Below are positions 49,676-58,342 of a stretch of 64,000 bases of DNA, in pieces (the stretch's first letter is position 1; each line of letters begins with the position of its first letter). Position numbers and translations under genes: made by a program. The notes below the pieces were generated by a model. It saw only the letters and a program-made list of their open reading frames with translations. It was not told the origin of the DNA and made no database searches. Origin of the DNA: a virus (taxonomy: Duplodnaviria > Heunggongvirae > Uroviricota > Caudoviricetes); the IMG/VR virus record IMGVR_UViG_3300047560_001314; one strand, written 5' to 3'.

Positions 49676-49932
49676 CTCAACTCCCTCTCAATAGCCTGAA
49701 TAGTTGGGCAAGGATAATTCCAAAATCCACAAGAGCAAGAATATTTGTCTGATAAATGTAAGACAGCGCACCCTGGGTTTCCATCAGGGCAGGGTGTTGC
49801 AATTCTTTTTGGCTTATGCAATTCCACTACTGCACGAAGGGCTTTCAATCCAATAGGAAAGTTGCCACAGGGGTCTGCATAATCAGTTTCTAGTTCTTGG
49901 TCTATCTTTGCCAGCAATTCATCGTGTGTCAT
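49672..49932 (-). CDS. Cys-rich mini-protein, paralog of 49062..49277
   Basis: See the paralog entry. Confidence 0.4.
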   Translation of the reverse strand: MTHDELLAKIDQELETDYADPCGNFPIGLKALRAVVELHKPKRIATPCPDGNPGCAVLHLSDKYSCSCGFWNYPCPTIQAIERELS

Positions 49933-50171
49933 TTAACATCCTCATAATCTTCTAAGTTTGCAGAAATTTTCTCAACATGATAGTCTTTCCCAAGTAAGAA
50001 TAAAAGTCTTTGTGCTGTATCTACTACTCCCCAATCAGGAACATCAATATGGCAGCAAAAAACATTCTCACAAATGCCAGTACATTCTAGACCAATAAGC
50101 CATTTATTCTTTTCAAATAAATCGTACCAAGCATCATAGAGTTGTTTGTAACTGTAAGTTATGACTGCCAT
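49929..50171 (-). CDS. hypothetical protein
   Basis: 80 aa ORF. Confidence 0.35.
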   Translation of the reverse strand: MAVITYSYKQLYDAWYDLFEKNKWLIGLECTGICENVFCCHIDVPDWGVVDTAQRLLFLLGKDYHVEKISANLEDYEDVK

Positions 50172-50705
50172 TTATTTATTCCATTCATCAAAAGAAATTC
50201 CACACATACCGCAGATTCCTTTAGCCTTATTTTCGGGGGTAACAAACATATGAGGACAATCTAAACTAGGATTACTATACTCTTTAATGCTTTCAATACA
50301 GGTAGAGACAGCCTTAAACCAGTTCTTAGCGCCTGGATATTCCATATTAGAAGTAACACCACGCCCAGCATGTTTGTACCAATTAATAATTAAACCATTT
50401 TTCTTGTATAAAAAGTTTGGTGGACATCCATTAGCATGTGGATGATCAGGATTTTCGTCCCAACCAGCATCACACCAGCAATAGCAACGCATCTCAAATA
50501 CATCATTGACATAATCAGGCTCACCAGAGTTTGAAGTAAGTAGATTACCATAGCCATATTCTCCGTAGGTTTTGCCACGGAATTCAGCAATAGCCTCAGC
50601 AATCAATGTAAGTCCAGCATCAGCCCAGTAAGCCTCATAAGACTGCGTAGGCGTATTGCTTAATAAAAGTCCTAGTTCCACTTTAAATCCAATCCAACAT
50701 ACCAT
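50172..50705 (-). CDS. hypothetical protein with C-terminal HMFVTPENKAKGICGMCGISFDEW module
   Basis: 177 aa; shares its C-terminus with 44042..44446 (DNA about 80% identical over roughly 80 nt). Confidence 0.4.
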   Translation of the reverse strand: MVCWIGFKVELGLLLSNTPTQSYEAYWADAGLTLIAEAIAEFRGKTYGEYGYGNLLTSNSGEPDYVNDVFEMRCYCWCDAGWDENPDHPHANGCPPNFLYKKNGLIINWYKHAGRGVTSNMEYPGAKNWFKAVSTCIESIKEYSNPSLDCPHMFVTPENKAKGICGMCGISFDEWNK

Positions 50706-50814
50706 TTAAACAAGTATAGTCCAACTTCCCACTCATGTCTAATTGGGTAGCCCCAATCATTAACATAAATACCTACACAGTAATTAGCAGAGAGTTTGCC
50801 ATATCTTAGTTTCA

Positions 50815-51081
50815 TTAGTAACCTCCAAGGCACTCATTGCGTGTATGATAAAGTCTATTCTTAATATATTCTTTTTTGTTTGGTGCATATAGTTCTTCAC
50901 CACATGCCCCACAGGATCCACTCCATTCACCACCAAAGAAGTCATAGCGCATACCTTTGAAGTTTGCATACTTGTTGGCTACAAAAACCTCAAATGGGTC
51001 AGGAATCTCAAGACTAGTTAGCATTGACTTTATCCTGTGCTGGTATACATTCCATACAGAAAGCAACACCAGTTGCTGCAA
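50815..51081 (-). CDS. hypothetical protein
   Basis: 88 aa; CGACGEE. Confidence 0.3.
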   Translation of the reverse strand: MQQLVLLSVWNVYQHRIKSMLTSLEIPDPFEVFVANKYANFKGMRYDFFGGEWSGSCGACGEELYAPNKKEYIKNRLYHTRNECLGGY

Positions 51082-51199
51082 CCCTGCCAGTAGCAGGACC
51101 TACATAGAAGGTTGATGAGTCGTCAATATGGCGACGGCATACATAACATTTCCTAGTCACGAGTATCCAAGTACTGAATAAAGGCACCAAGGTTAGCAA
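51014..51199 (-). CDS. zinc-ribbon protein
   Basis: CYVCRRH...CMEC; overlaps both neighbours. Confidence 0.25.
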   Translation of the reverse strand: MLTLVPLFSTWILVTRKCYVCRRHIDDSSTFYVGPATGRVAATGVAFCMECIPAQDKVNAN

Positions 51200-51332
51200 T
51201 CAAAACCATAAGCCAGAAGCCAGTCTTGTAGTAGTTGATTGGAGACTCTGTAAGAGAATAGATACCCATAACAACTGAGTAAAGTACGAAGAATAGGTTG
51301 ATATATCCTAAAGTTTTAGTAATTTTTGTCAT
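51153..51332 (-). CDS. small membrane protein (59 aa)
   Basis: Two TM segments. Not in the track. Confidence 0.3.
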   Translation of the reverse strand: MTKITKTLGYINLFFVLYSVVMGIYSLTESPINYYKTGFWLMVLIANLGAFIQYLDTRD

Positions 51333-51433
51333 ATACTAAGTATACCCTACGGCGCAAAATAAGTCAAGTATTTAAAGTTCGGCGGAAAATAGAGACATCC
51401 AAACCATCCCATGCCCTACACGGGCACTAGCGG

Positions 51434-51616
51434 TTAGTAAGGTCCTGCTATATACCAAACAAGATAACTAATTACTTCCTCTGACCTACCCTGTTTGATC
51501 ATCTCATCTGGAGACATGCCAAAATGAGTGTTATGACCATATAGCCATTTCCTGATATTTTCATGGTCTACAAAGATATTTCGTAATAGTTCATTAATTA
51601 TCTGTAGATTGTTCAT
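51434..51616 (-). CDS. hypothetical protein
   Basis: 60 aa ORF. Confidence 0.3.
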   Translation of the reverse strand: MNNLQIINELLRNIFVDHENIRKWLYGHNTHFGMSPDEMIKQGRSEEVISYLVWYIAGPY

Positions 51617-51687
51617 CCATATCCTTATCCCAAATAATGAGACACTTAGTGCAAGTAATGCCTTTTTCTCTCATATACCAAGTATGC

Positions 51688-52026
51688 TTACACGCCATTA
51701 GTTGCTCTCATAAATGTTCTATGCCTATGGCAGTTAGCACAGACTAGTTCACATTTGGCTATTTCTGCAATAATTTGTTCCATAGTCTTATCTCTCATAC
51801 CTGTGCTGCTAAGTGGGAAAGACTTTTCAAACTTAGGCAAATGATCAAAATCGTAAACATATGGTGGATATTCAATGCCACAATCTAGGCAGGACTTGCC
51901 CTCTTTAAGATCTTGCACATACTGGCGCTTGGCACTTCTACGCAACCTAATGGCTACACGCCTACGCTCTTTGTTGCGCTGGTGCCAGAGTGCCTTTAAA
52001 TGTGCAGTCTTTTCTTTTTGATTCAT
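51688..52026 (-). CDS. HNH endonuclease
   Basis: CLDCGIEYPPYVYDFDHLP...CANCHRHRT gives the HNH zinc and His arrangement. Confidence 0.6.
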   Translation of the reverse strand: MNQKEKTAHLKALWHQRNKERRRVAIRLRRSAKRQYVQDLKEGKSCLDCGIEYPPYVYDFDHLPKFEKSFPLSSTGMRDKTMEQIIAEIAKCELVCANCHRHRTFMRATNGV

Positions 52027-52074
52027 ATAACCATTATCCCCTATTTGGCAGGGTATGTCAAGTATAATAGACCT

Positions 52075-52395
52075 ATGAACGAAGCAATCCTATATATCCT
52101 ATATAGCCCAGTACATAGGGCTGTTAAGATAGGGATCTCAGATATATCAGGTAAGAGGTTTGCAGCCCATAAGACCAAGGGATGGCTATTGGTTTCCTAT
52201 TGGCATTTTTTTGAGCGGGATAAGGCAAGAGCCGTAGAATCCCTAGTAATACAAACACTTAAGAAGAAGCATAAACCATTCCTAAGTAAGGAAGATATGC
52301 CCCAAGGAGGCTATACGGAGACATTTGATGCATCACGGATATCTAAGAAAGCACTCATTCGTATGGTCAATAAGGCTATTAAATCAATCCCATGA
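52075..52395 (+). CDS. T5orf172/GIY-YIG-like domain protein
   Basis: ILYILYSPVHRAVKIGISDISGKRFAAHKTKGW pattern. Start set to the internal ATG at 52075. Confidence 0.45.
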   Translation: MNEAILYILYSPVHRAVKIGISDISGKRFAAHKTKGWLLVSYWHFFERDKARAVESLVIQTLKKKHKPFLSKEDMPQGGYTETFDASRISKKALIRMVNKAIKSIP

Positions 52396-52500
52396 GGACT
52401 CTTTATCCCCCTGGCATTTTGGACATTGTTTGGTTATTTCTTTAGTTCCATATGGCATTTCAAACATATATCCACAATTAAAACATAGTACTTTAGGCAT
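52383..52500 (-). CDS. zinc-ribbon mini-protein
   Basis: CFNCGY...CPKCQ; more protein-like than the antisense track ORF 52325..52513. Confidence 0.25.
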
Positions 52501-52539
52501 ATCTATAGTATAGCAGAGTTACGGTTTGATAACAAATAC

Positions 52540-53100
52540 TAGATAGGCACATGTGAATAGGCTGATCAAGTAGATTATAAGTCCAAAATGTTGTTTCATG
52601 TGTCTATTTTATACCCCTATTTTCAGAGAGATTGTACCCCTATATTCAGAGTTATCCACAGGCTAGGGTACCATTTCTGCAGTCTATATGGTACCATTTC
52701 TACATAGTTATCCACAGGTTTATCCACAGATAAATGTTACTGTTTATTTTATTAGATAGGGTAGAAGTGGAGGATAATGGAGGGAAGTGGTTTATAGAGC
52801 ATTTTCATGAAGGGGCGTCGTAATGCCAAACCCCCTACCACATATCCAAACAATTGTCAAACCTTCTTTTCCACATATCCAAACATGGCATTATATACCA
52901 AACATTGGTGTTTGTCAACTTTGATTTGACACAAATCTTTATGACAAATTTGCTCCAAATTATCGACATTTGTTTGATAAATAAATAATTCTTTAAATAA
53001 ATAAAAAGAAATAAATAAAAAACAAATTGTTTTATATTATTGTTTTATATCAGATAAAAAGGTTTGTATATGTACTATAGGGGATCAGAGATACTTTGTT
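52540..53100. promoter_or_regulatory. origin-of-replication-like non-coding region: DnaA boxes, direct repeats, AT-rich DUE
   Basis: Repeats TACCCCTAT(A)TTCAGAG x2, GGTACCATTTCT x2, CCACATATCCAAACA x2. AT-rich tract AAATAAATAA x several (52975-53035). No ORF. Confidence 0.45.
52652..52728 (+). promoter_or_regulatory. three perfect DnaA boxes TTATCCACA (52652-60, 52708-16, 52720-28), same orientation
   Basis: Exact matches to the bacterial DnaA box consensus. Confidence 0.5.
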
Positions 53101-53187
53101 TGATATCCCCTGGGATTTTTGGGCCCCTTCGTAAAGGGCGGGATTATACCAGGCACCACTGACAAATGAAAAGTTCGGGGAAAATTT

Positions 53188-53385
53188 TTAGTCCTTCGTA
53201 ATGTCGTTTACAGTTTGATCATCGGACGTTTTTGGGCGGGGAGGAAAGAAAGCCTTAAGTGTAAACACACTATATAACATACCACATATAGCACCCATGT
53301 CTTGAGTAAACTGATCATAGTCATTAGGCGCATCGTGTCGATGCGAAGATTGTTTGTACAACTTAGCGAAATGATCCCTACTCAT
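53188..53385 (-). CDS. hypothetical protein
   Basis: 65 aa ORF. Confidence 0.3.
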   Translation of the reverse strand: MSRDHFAKLYKQSSHRHDAPNDYDQFTQDMGAICGMLYSVFTLKAFFPPRPKTSDDQTVNDITKD

Positions 53386-53600
53386 ACCCTGATTATATCA
53401 TCCAAACATTATATTTGACAAACAAGGTTTGATATGGTATAAGGTTTAGGGAAAAATATTTGATCTTCGTAATATGGGGAAAATAAATGTTTGTTCGTAA
53501 TGGGGTTTGTAGAAAATAATGGTTTGGGTGGTTTGTCCGATATGTCCGATTTGACGTACCCACCCCCAGGCTTTTGTCAAGCCCAGGGGATCGAGGAGAA

Positions 53601-53906
53601 CTACTCTTCGTCTGGAGCGTTTTGCTTCTTGTTGTGTGCAAACAAAAGGATAGCACCTAAAGTTTTATCAGGCAACACTTCATCAATCTCTTGCTCTGTT
53701 ACTTCTACTAACTCAGCGAACATTTTGAAGGTTTCTTCTACCATACCCTCGCCAACTGGTGTGAGTTCTTTAATCATGCCTTCTGCTACCATGTATGCCA
53801 TTGGGCAGCCGAGGTCGTTGTATTCCATGAATGCCGAGAAATCTTCATCGTTACGGAACTCAATCCACAACTGCCCAATCACTCCAGCCTTATCTGCAAA
53901 ATCCAT
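53601..53906 (-). CDS. acidic hypothetical protein
   Basis: 101 aa, globular-looking composition. The antisense track ORF 53491..53913 is rejected. Confidence 0.4.
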   Translation of the reverse strand: MDFADKAGVIGQLWIEFRNDEDFSAFMEYNDLGCPMAYMVAEGMIKELTPVGEGMVEETFKMFAELVEVTEQEIDEVLPDKTLGAILLFAHNKKQNAPDEE

Positions 53907-53909
53907 TTC

Positions 53910-54158
53910 TTAACCTTTCATCTCACTCATTAGTTTATCATACTCTTCCTGTGCAGTCAAGGCTAAAACATCAAACCTCCGAAACACAATAACTGGCATA
54001 TTTCTAACCAAATAATATCCGACTCGTTCTAAGTCAATAGAAAAATCTTCGGTTAGGAGTTTGGCTAGTTGCTCTGCTTTTTTAGATTCTTTTGTATGTA
54101 CTGCATTTGTTCTTATTCGTCTAGTCATGATACTCCTTCCTTCTCCATTGTACCGCAA
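53910..54158 (-). CDS. hypothetical protein
   Basis: 82 aa ORF. Confidence 0.35.
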   Translation of the reverse strand: MRYNGEGRSIMTRRIRTNAVHTKESKKAEQLAKLLTEDFSIDLERVGYYLVRNMPVIVFRRFDVLALTAQEEYDKLMSEMKG

Positions 54159-54233
54159 AAGTTAGGGGGAGGCAAACCCCACGCCTGCCTCCCCACTGCC
54201 ACCCTAGACCCCTCTTAGGTGGCGTATGGCCTG

Positions 54234-54578
54234 CTATGCAGGAACTCTACCATATGCATTAATGAATGCCTCAAAATCTACAGGCACATTATCAGTAATA
54301 GTTTTATTAACAAAGTCAACAACTACGGTCTGCTCACCTAGGTCAAAGTTGTTGCCAGAAACAGCATATATACCAAAGCCTGTCTGGTCCAGAATATTAT
54401 CTTGAATAAGATAACTAATCATCATACGTACTCCATACGATGAATCCATCCAGCGTGGCTTAGAATGCTCCAGGGCTGCAGCAATGTCATGTTCCCAATC
54501 TGTCTGGCCCCAGTGACTGTAAAGGACCACGGAAGAGTCAGTGCCGTCCTTGAATACAAAATTGATTCTTGCTCCCAT
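54234..54578 (-). CDS. hypothetical protein
   Basis: 114 aa ORF. Confidence 0.4.
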   Translation of the reverse strand: MGARINFVFKDGTDSSVVLYSHWGQTDWEHDIAAALEHSKPRWMDSSYGVRMMISYLIQDNILDQTGFGIYAVSGNNFDLGEQTVVVDFVNKTITDNVPVDFEAFINAYGRVPA

Positions 54579-54729
54579 TACTCTTCATCCAATCTCTCTA
54601 GTGCTACGATACTAATGTCATATAAGATTTCTCGATATACATCGTCCATCTCTTCAGTGTCAGTGATGGCCTCAAAATTCATGTACTGGCCAGTGGGCTC
54701 GTGTATTACTTCAATTGACCATTTTGCCA

Positions 54730-55251
54730 TTAGAGTTTAAACACTCGCTCTCCACCAATACTGTGAAACACAGTTTCTTCTTCATCTTCATCAACTTCAA
54801 TTTCTACATTGTCTTGCATGGGATTCTCCAATCCAACTAGGGTCATTTCTTCAAGTGTAGCACATTGTGGACATTTTTCCAAATCGTGGTCTTGGAAAGA
54901 ATCTCTAATAATATTATCAGGGTCTTCCATTTCTGAATCACAGCCCTCGCAGAAATACCACGGGACAGAAACTAAAATCTGAATGGTAGTATCAGCGGGA
55001 CAGGGAACCTCAGTAATAAAATAACCAATCCTATTAATGAAATGCCAACCATTCCAGATATAAGAACCGCCATCATCACCATCACCATATGTCCAGATAT
55101 GTGCAGGGTCTGCCTTCTTGACAAACTCTACCTCTGCTCCATAGGTCTCAAACATCAAACCATCGAATGAAGCATTTGTATCTATATTATTAGGGATTGG
55201 CTTGTAGGTCTCAACAAAGTCCTCAAACTCCATCTCAATAAACTTATCCAC
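54730..55251 (-). CDS. hypothetical protein
   Basis: 173 aa; CEGC...CPQC. Confidence 0.4.
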   Translation of the reverse strand: MDKFIEMEFEDFVETYKPIPNNIDTNASFDGLMFETYGAEVEFVKKADPAHIWTYGDGDDGGSYIWNGWHFINRIGYFITEVPCPADTTIQILVSVPWYFCEGCDSEMEDPDNIIRDSFQDHDLEKCPQCATLEEMTLVGLENPMQDNVEIEVDEDEEETVFHSIGGERVFKL

Positions 55252-55453
55252 TGGGGTCTCTTTCTACTAGGGTATATTATAAGTATAGTGGTTTGATATT
55301 AATCTGTCAACTTCATTCGGACAATATCATAGGCATCAATAGCCCCTGCTGTGTAATCAGACATGGAGTCTTCGTTCTCCTGGATATACTCATCACGCAG
55401 TAGGGTTAGTTCTTCAATACGCCCCTTGACAAATGCTAGTAGATCGGTTTGGT

Positions 55454-55690
55454 TCATGCTAGGCTCTCCTCGTACTCGTATGGGTCAAACTCAACCTCAG
55501 TTGTATAGTGGTCATTAAAGACAAGCATATAAGCCGCTTCCAGCCCCATAGCGTAGCCTTCAGCCTCTTTGCGTTCAAAGCCATCCATTGCATCATCATA
55601 GCCTGATTCAATCTCAGCCTTGTGAATCTCTACATATTCCTGCCATGCCTTATCAATGGCACTGCGTAGCATTTCTTGTGGGGTCATCAT
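55454..55690 (-). CDS. hypothetical protein
   Basis: 78 aa ORF. Confidence 0.35.
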   Translation of the reverse strand: MMTPQEMLRSAIDKAWQEYVEIHKAEIESGYDDAMDGFERKEAEGYAMGLEAAYMLVFNDHYTTEVEFDPYEYEESLA

Positions 55691-55696
55691 ATCTCC

Positions 55697-56224
55697 TTAG
55701 AAGTGAAAATCAATCGGTACTAAAAATTGTATCAGACCACCCTCTTGCTTGTCAAGGCGCTCTTGAATGTATCCCATGTGGGCTGTGTATTCAACCATAT
55801 CATAGAAGTATGAGTCATATGTGTAATGGTCTGATAATAGTTCTCCTGCTTTTCTAATATAGTATGAGTTCATGTTAAATCTTTGCTCATCAGCAGGTGT
55901 TCCACTATTTGAGATATAGTCAACCATGTCGCTTGTGAACCTATCTAGGTTAATCTTAGTAAGATAAGTATTCATCTCACCAATACGGTTGTCCTTGCAC
56001 AGTTGCAGTCTTTGCATAAACAGTTCTGGCTCATCCTTGTAAGACACAATCATGTCATGTGAGTTCTCATACTGTGAGTCAGACCAGCGACCACCACCTA
56101 CTACATGCCAGTCAGACCATTCAACAAACTGATATCCTTCATCATTAATAAGACGATTAACAACTTGGTGAAAAGCGTCTTCTTTGTCCTCGGCTTGAAC
56201 AGCCCACCAATGTAATGTATGCAT
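55697..56224 (-). CDS. hypothetical protein
   Basis: 175 aa ORF. Confidence 0.4.
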   Translation of the reverse strand: MHTLHWWAVQAEDKEDAFHQVVNRLINDEGYQFVEWSDWHVVGGGRWSDSQYENSHDMIVSYKDEPELFMQRLQLCKDNRIGEMNTYLTKINLDRFTSDMVDYISNSGTPADEQRFNMNSYYIRKAGELLSDHYTYDSYFYDMVEYTAHMGYIQERLDKQEGGLIQFLVPIDFHF

Positions 56225-56418
56225 TAGTCTTCTGTCTCCCCGTCTTCGTCCTCATCTTCTTCAACCTCTTCTGGTTGCTCATCTACATCAATAGAATAAA
56301 CCTCACCTGAGAAAGCATAGTCCTCATAGTGCCAGCCTAGTTCTTCTGCTTCTTGTGCGTTCTCTGCTTCTACCTCGTAGTTATACTCTACGATTACTTT
56401 AATGTCATATGTTGGCAT
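56224..56418 (-). CDS. highly acidic small protein
   Basis: 64 aa, Glu/Asp-rich C-terminus. Confidence 0.3.
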   Translation of the reverse strand: MPTYDIKVIVEYNYEVEAENAQEAEELGWHYEDYAFSGEVYSIDVDEQPEEVEEDEDEDGETED

Positions 56419-56445
56419 TAGGGTCTCCTTCTTAATGTGTATATA

Positions 56446-56673
56446 TTAATTATAGGGGTTGGTGTTGATTTTTACAACTTGTGGGAGTGTGAGGTTCGTC
56501 ACATCGTCTTTAGTTACCGTGGCATCTTCCCACCCCAAAAGGATCAGTTCTTCGGGGTATTCGCAGACACACTTTGGAGCCTTCTTAAAGTCTTTAGTGG
56601 TCACTTCAAAAAGGGTATCGCAATAGGTACATAAAAGATTATACTTAGTCCAAGTAGTCATTATTCCCCCCAA
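56446..56673 (-). CDS. Cys-containing hypothetical protein
   Basis: 75 aa ORF. Confidence 0.3.
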   Translation of the reverse strand: MGGIMTTWTKYNLLCTYCDTLFEVTTKDFKKAPKCVCEYPEELILLGWEDATVTKDDVTNLTLPQVVKINTNPYN

Positions 56674-56825
56674 TACTTTAAGATAGTAGCCATAGTAGTA
56701 TGGATATTACAATCACAGTCTCCACCGTTCATGTTTTCCATGAATTCAATATGCGATAGGTTATCCTCGTAGATTTCTTGTACGAGTTCTGATATGGTGT
56801 ATGGTTTATAGGTTGTTTGGGTCAT
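56661..56825 (-). CDS. small hypothetical protein (54 aa)
   Basis: CDCN motif. Not in the track. Confidence 0.25.
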   Translation of the reverse strand: MTQTTYKPYTISELVQEIYEDNLSHIEFMENMNGGDCDCNIHTTMATILKYWGE

Positions 56826-56864
56826 AGATTAAGTGTAGCAAATTCCAGGAAAAATATCAAGTCT

Positions 56865-56873
56865 TCTTAAAGT
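56865..56873 (+). promoter_or_regulatory. isolated perfect DnaA box TTATCCACA
   Basis: Exact match, next to a CRP-like site. Confidence 0.35.
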
Positions 56874-56883
56874 TATCCACAGG

Positions 56884-56911
56884 AAATCTCATGTGATTTA
56901 GGTCACAGGCC
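56884..56911. promoter_or_regulatory. CRP/GlxR-like site TGTGA-N6-TCACA followed by GGCCACGTCCCC
   Basis: TGTGATTTAGGTCACA. The same composite element occurs at 60917-60945. Confidence 0.4.
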
Positions 56912-56955
56912 ACGTCCCCGCATTTTTATGCATTGCAGTGCATATTTATTAATTG

Positions 56956-57029
56956 CGATCCGTACGGGACTTGAACCCGTGACCTCCACCGTGACAGGGT
57001 GGCGAACTAACCAACTATTCTAACGGACC
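56956..57029 (-). tRNA. tRNA-Asp (anticodon GTC), orphan copy in right arm
   Basis: Manual fold: anticodon stem CCACC/GGTGG, loop CTGTCAC, T loop TTCAAGT, D loop AGTTGGTTA. Confidence 0.65.
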
Positions 57030-57036
57030 TTGCGAA

Positions 57037-57058
57037 GCAGTTTTATATCGTGCTCAGG
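57037..57058 (-). promoter_or_regulatory. conserved 22-nt motif CCTGAGCACGATATAAAACTGC (minus sense), 8 nt upstream of the tRNA-Asp 5' end
   Basis: One of five copies. Contains a TATAAA -10-like hexamer. Confidence 0.4.
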
Positions 57059-57067
57059 ATATTTTAA

Positions 57068-58084
57068 TTATACCAGTTGCAACTTGCTTTGTACAACTGT
57101 TAGCAAGCGATTCTTCTCTGCGTTAATTGCAGGGTCAAATCCACTTGCACTTGCGAGAATGGATTCATTGTTTCCACCTCGTGCTGTGCGATACCAGTCA
57201 AGGCGCTCTGTAAGTGCATTAAACGCACCCCAGCCTGTGCCAGCAATCATGCCATTGAATTGCCCTGTGTAGATATCATTGATAGAATCAACTTTATTTT
57301 CCCACTTCTTTACCGCACCCTTTGTGTCCTTGTCAGGCTTTGGGTATGCAGCGAGAATAATATCATTAAACATTTTAGCATTAACTTCTGTTTCAAAAAG
57401 TTGCTTTGCCATGATGTCGAATGAATCCATGTATGCATTAGCAAGACCGAGAGTCTCACGAGCAATTGCGACCTTACCGCTAGCGGTTTGAGTGTGACGA
57501 ATCTTGAATGACTGCTTAACGCCACCCTTTTTCTTTGTGCGACCTAGTGCCATGTTAAGTGTATTAGCACACACAACACGAACGGGAGTAATTGAAGCCT
57601 GAATCGCAATAGACCCGTCATGTGATGTGTTAATAAGAAGATAAGTCTTAACCTTATCTGCAACACCGCTAGGGTCTAGAACTGTCTCACGCTCTAGTGC
57701 AAGCGCACCGAATACAACACGACCACCCTTAAGAGAGCCAGCGGTCTCCCAACGACCACCGCCATCGAGAATGTTATCAGCAAATGAGAATAAATCTTCA
57801 TTCTGTAAAGTATGGTAACGCTCACCAACTACACCGAGAATATCTGTTTGAGTATTGTCGGTAGGGTTAGTGCGAATTACATACTGATATTCTTTATCAG
57901 ATGTAAGGTGAGCAGGGATAGGCATATCTTCAAGACGAACATTCCAACCATTAAGGTTTGCAGCCTCAAGCATTTCTGCGGTTGTCTTTTCTTCTGTAAA
58001 GACTGTACCGAGACCATGCCATGCAGGTTCACGGAATGAAGCGAATGAAGCCACGCCGTTTTGAGTTTCAATTTCATGTGCCAT
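57068..58084 (-). CDS. hypothetical protein, 338 aa (possibly phage/plasmid-like DUF932/TIGR03299-type)
   Basis: Start set at MAHEIETQ with RBS GAAAGAGG. The family guess is weak. Confidence 0.45.
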   Translation of the reverse strand: MAHEIETQNGVASFASFREPAWHGLGTVFTEEKTTAEMLEAANLNGWNVRLEDMPIPAHLTSDKEYQYVIRTNPTDNTQTDILGVVGERYHTLQNEDLFSFADNILDGGGRWETAGSLKGGRVVFGALALERETVLDPSGVADKVKTYLLINTSHDGSIAIQASITPVRVVCANTLNMALGRTKKKGGVKQSFKIRHTQTASGKVAIARETLGLANAYMDSFDIMAKQLFETEVNAKMFNDIILAAYPKPDKDTKGAVKKWENKVDSINDIYTGQFNGMIAGTGWGAFNALTERLDWYRTARGGNNESILASASGFDPAINAEKNRLLTVVQSKLQLV

Positions 58085-58120
58085 AGGGGATACCTCTTTC
58101 ATTTTGTTGTTGATAATATA

Positions 58121-58149
58121 AGTATACACACACCCACCGACAAATGCAA
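58121..58149 (-). promoter_or_regulatory. sigma70 promoter TTGCAT-N17-TATACT (minus sense)
   Basis: Read as the reverse complement of plus-strand atgcaa...agtata. Confidence 0.45.
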
Positions 58150-58239
58150 ATCAGGATAGTTAAATAGGGATAAATCGGACATTCTGTAAAAGATCACCCC
58201 TTCATAAACGGCGTGTCGATTTGACAAAACCAGATCGGC

Positions 58240-58247
58240 GGGACGTC
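58240..58247. promoter_or_regulatory. GGGACGTC palindromic element
   Basis: One of four (G)GGACGTC(C/G) copies, all in right-arm intergenic regions. Confidence 0.35.
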
Positions 58248-58272
58248 GCAAATTTTGCGGGGAAATAAGTGA

Positions 58273-58296
58273 GCAGTTTACATGGCCATGCTCAGG
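58273..58296 (-). promoter_or_regulatory. conserved motif copy CCTGAGCATGGCCATGTAAACTGC
   Basis: Sequence identity with the other copies. Confidence 0.35.
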
Positions 58297-58342
58297 GCCC
58301 TTACCCAGTTTTTAGACATCTGGTAGGTCCATTCATAGCCCC

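Noticed and set aside
52540-52760. Possible CRISPR array suggested by short direct repeats
   Set aside because: The repeats are only 2-3 copies each, of different families, with irregular spacing and no spacer-like unique units. They are better explained as origin iterons and DnaA boxes.
53393-53913. Track ORFs 53393..53656 (-) and 53491..53913 (+)
   Set aside because: The first spans the repeat-rich intergenic region with odd composition. The second is antisense to a well-formed acidic protein gene, 53601..53906.
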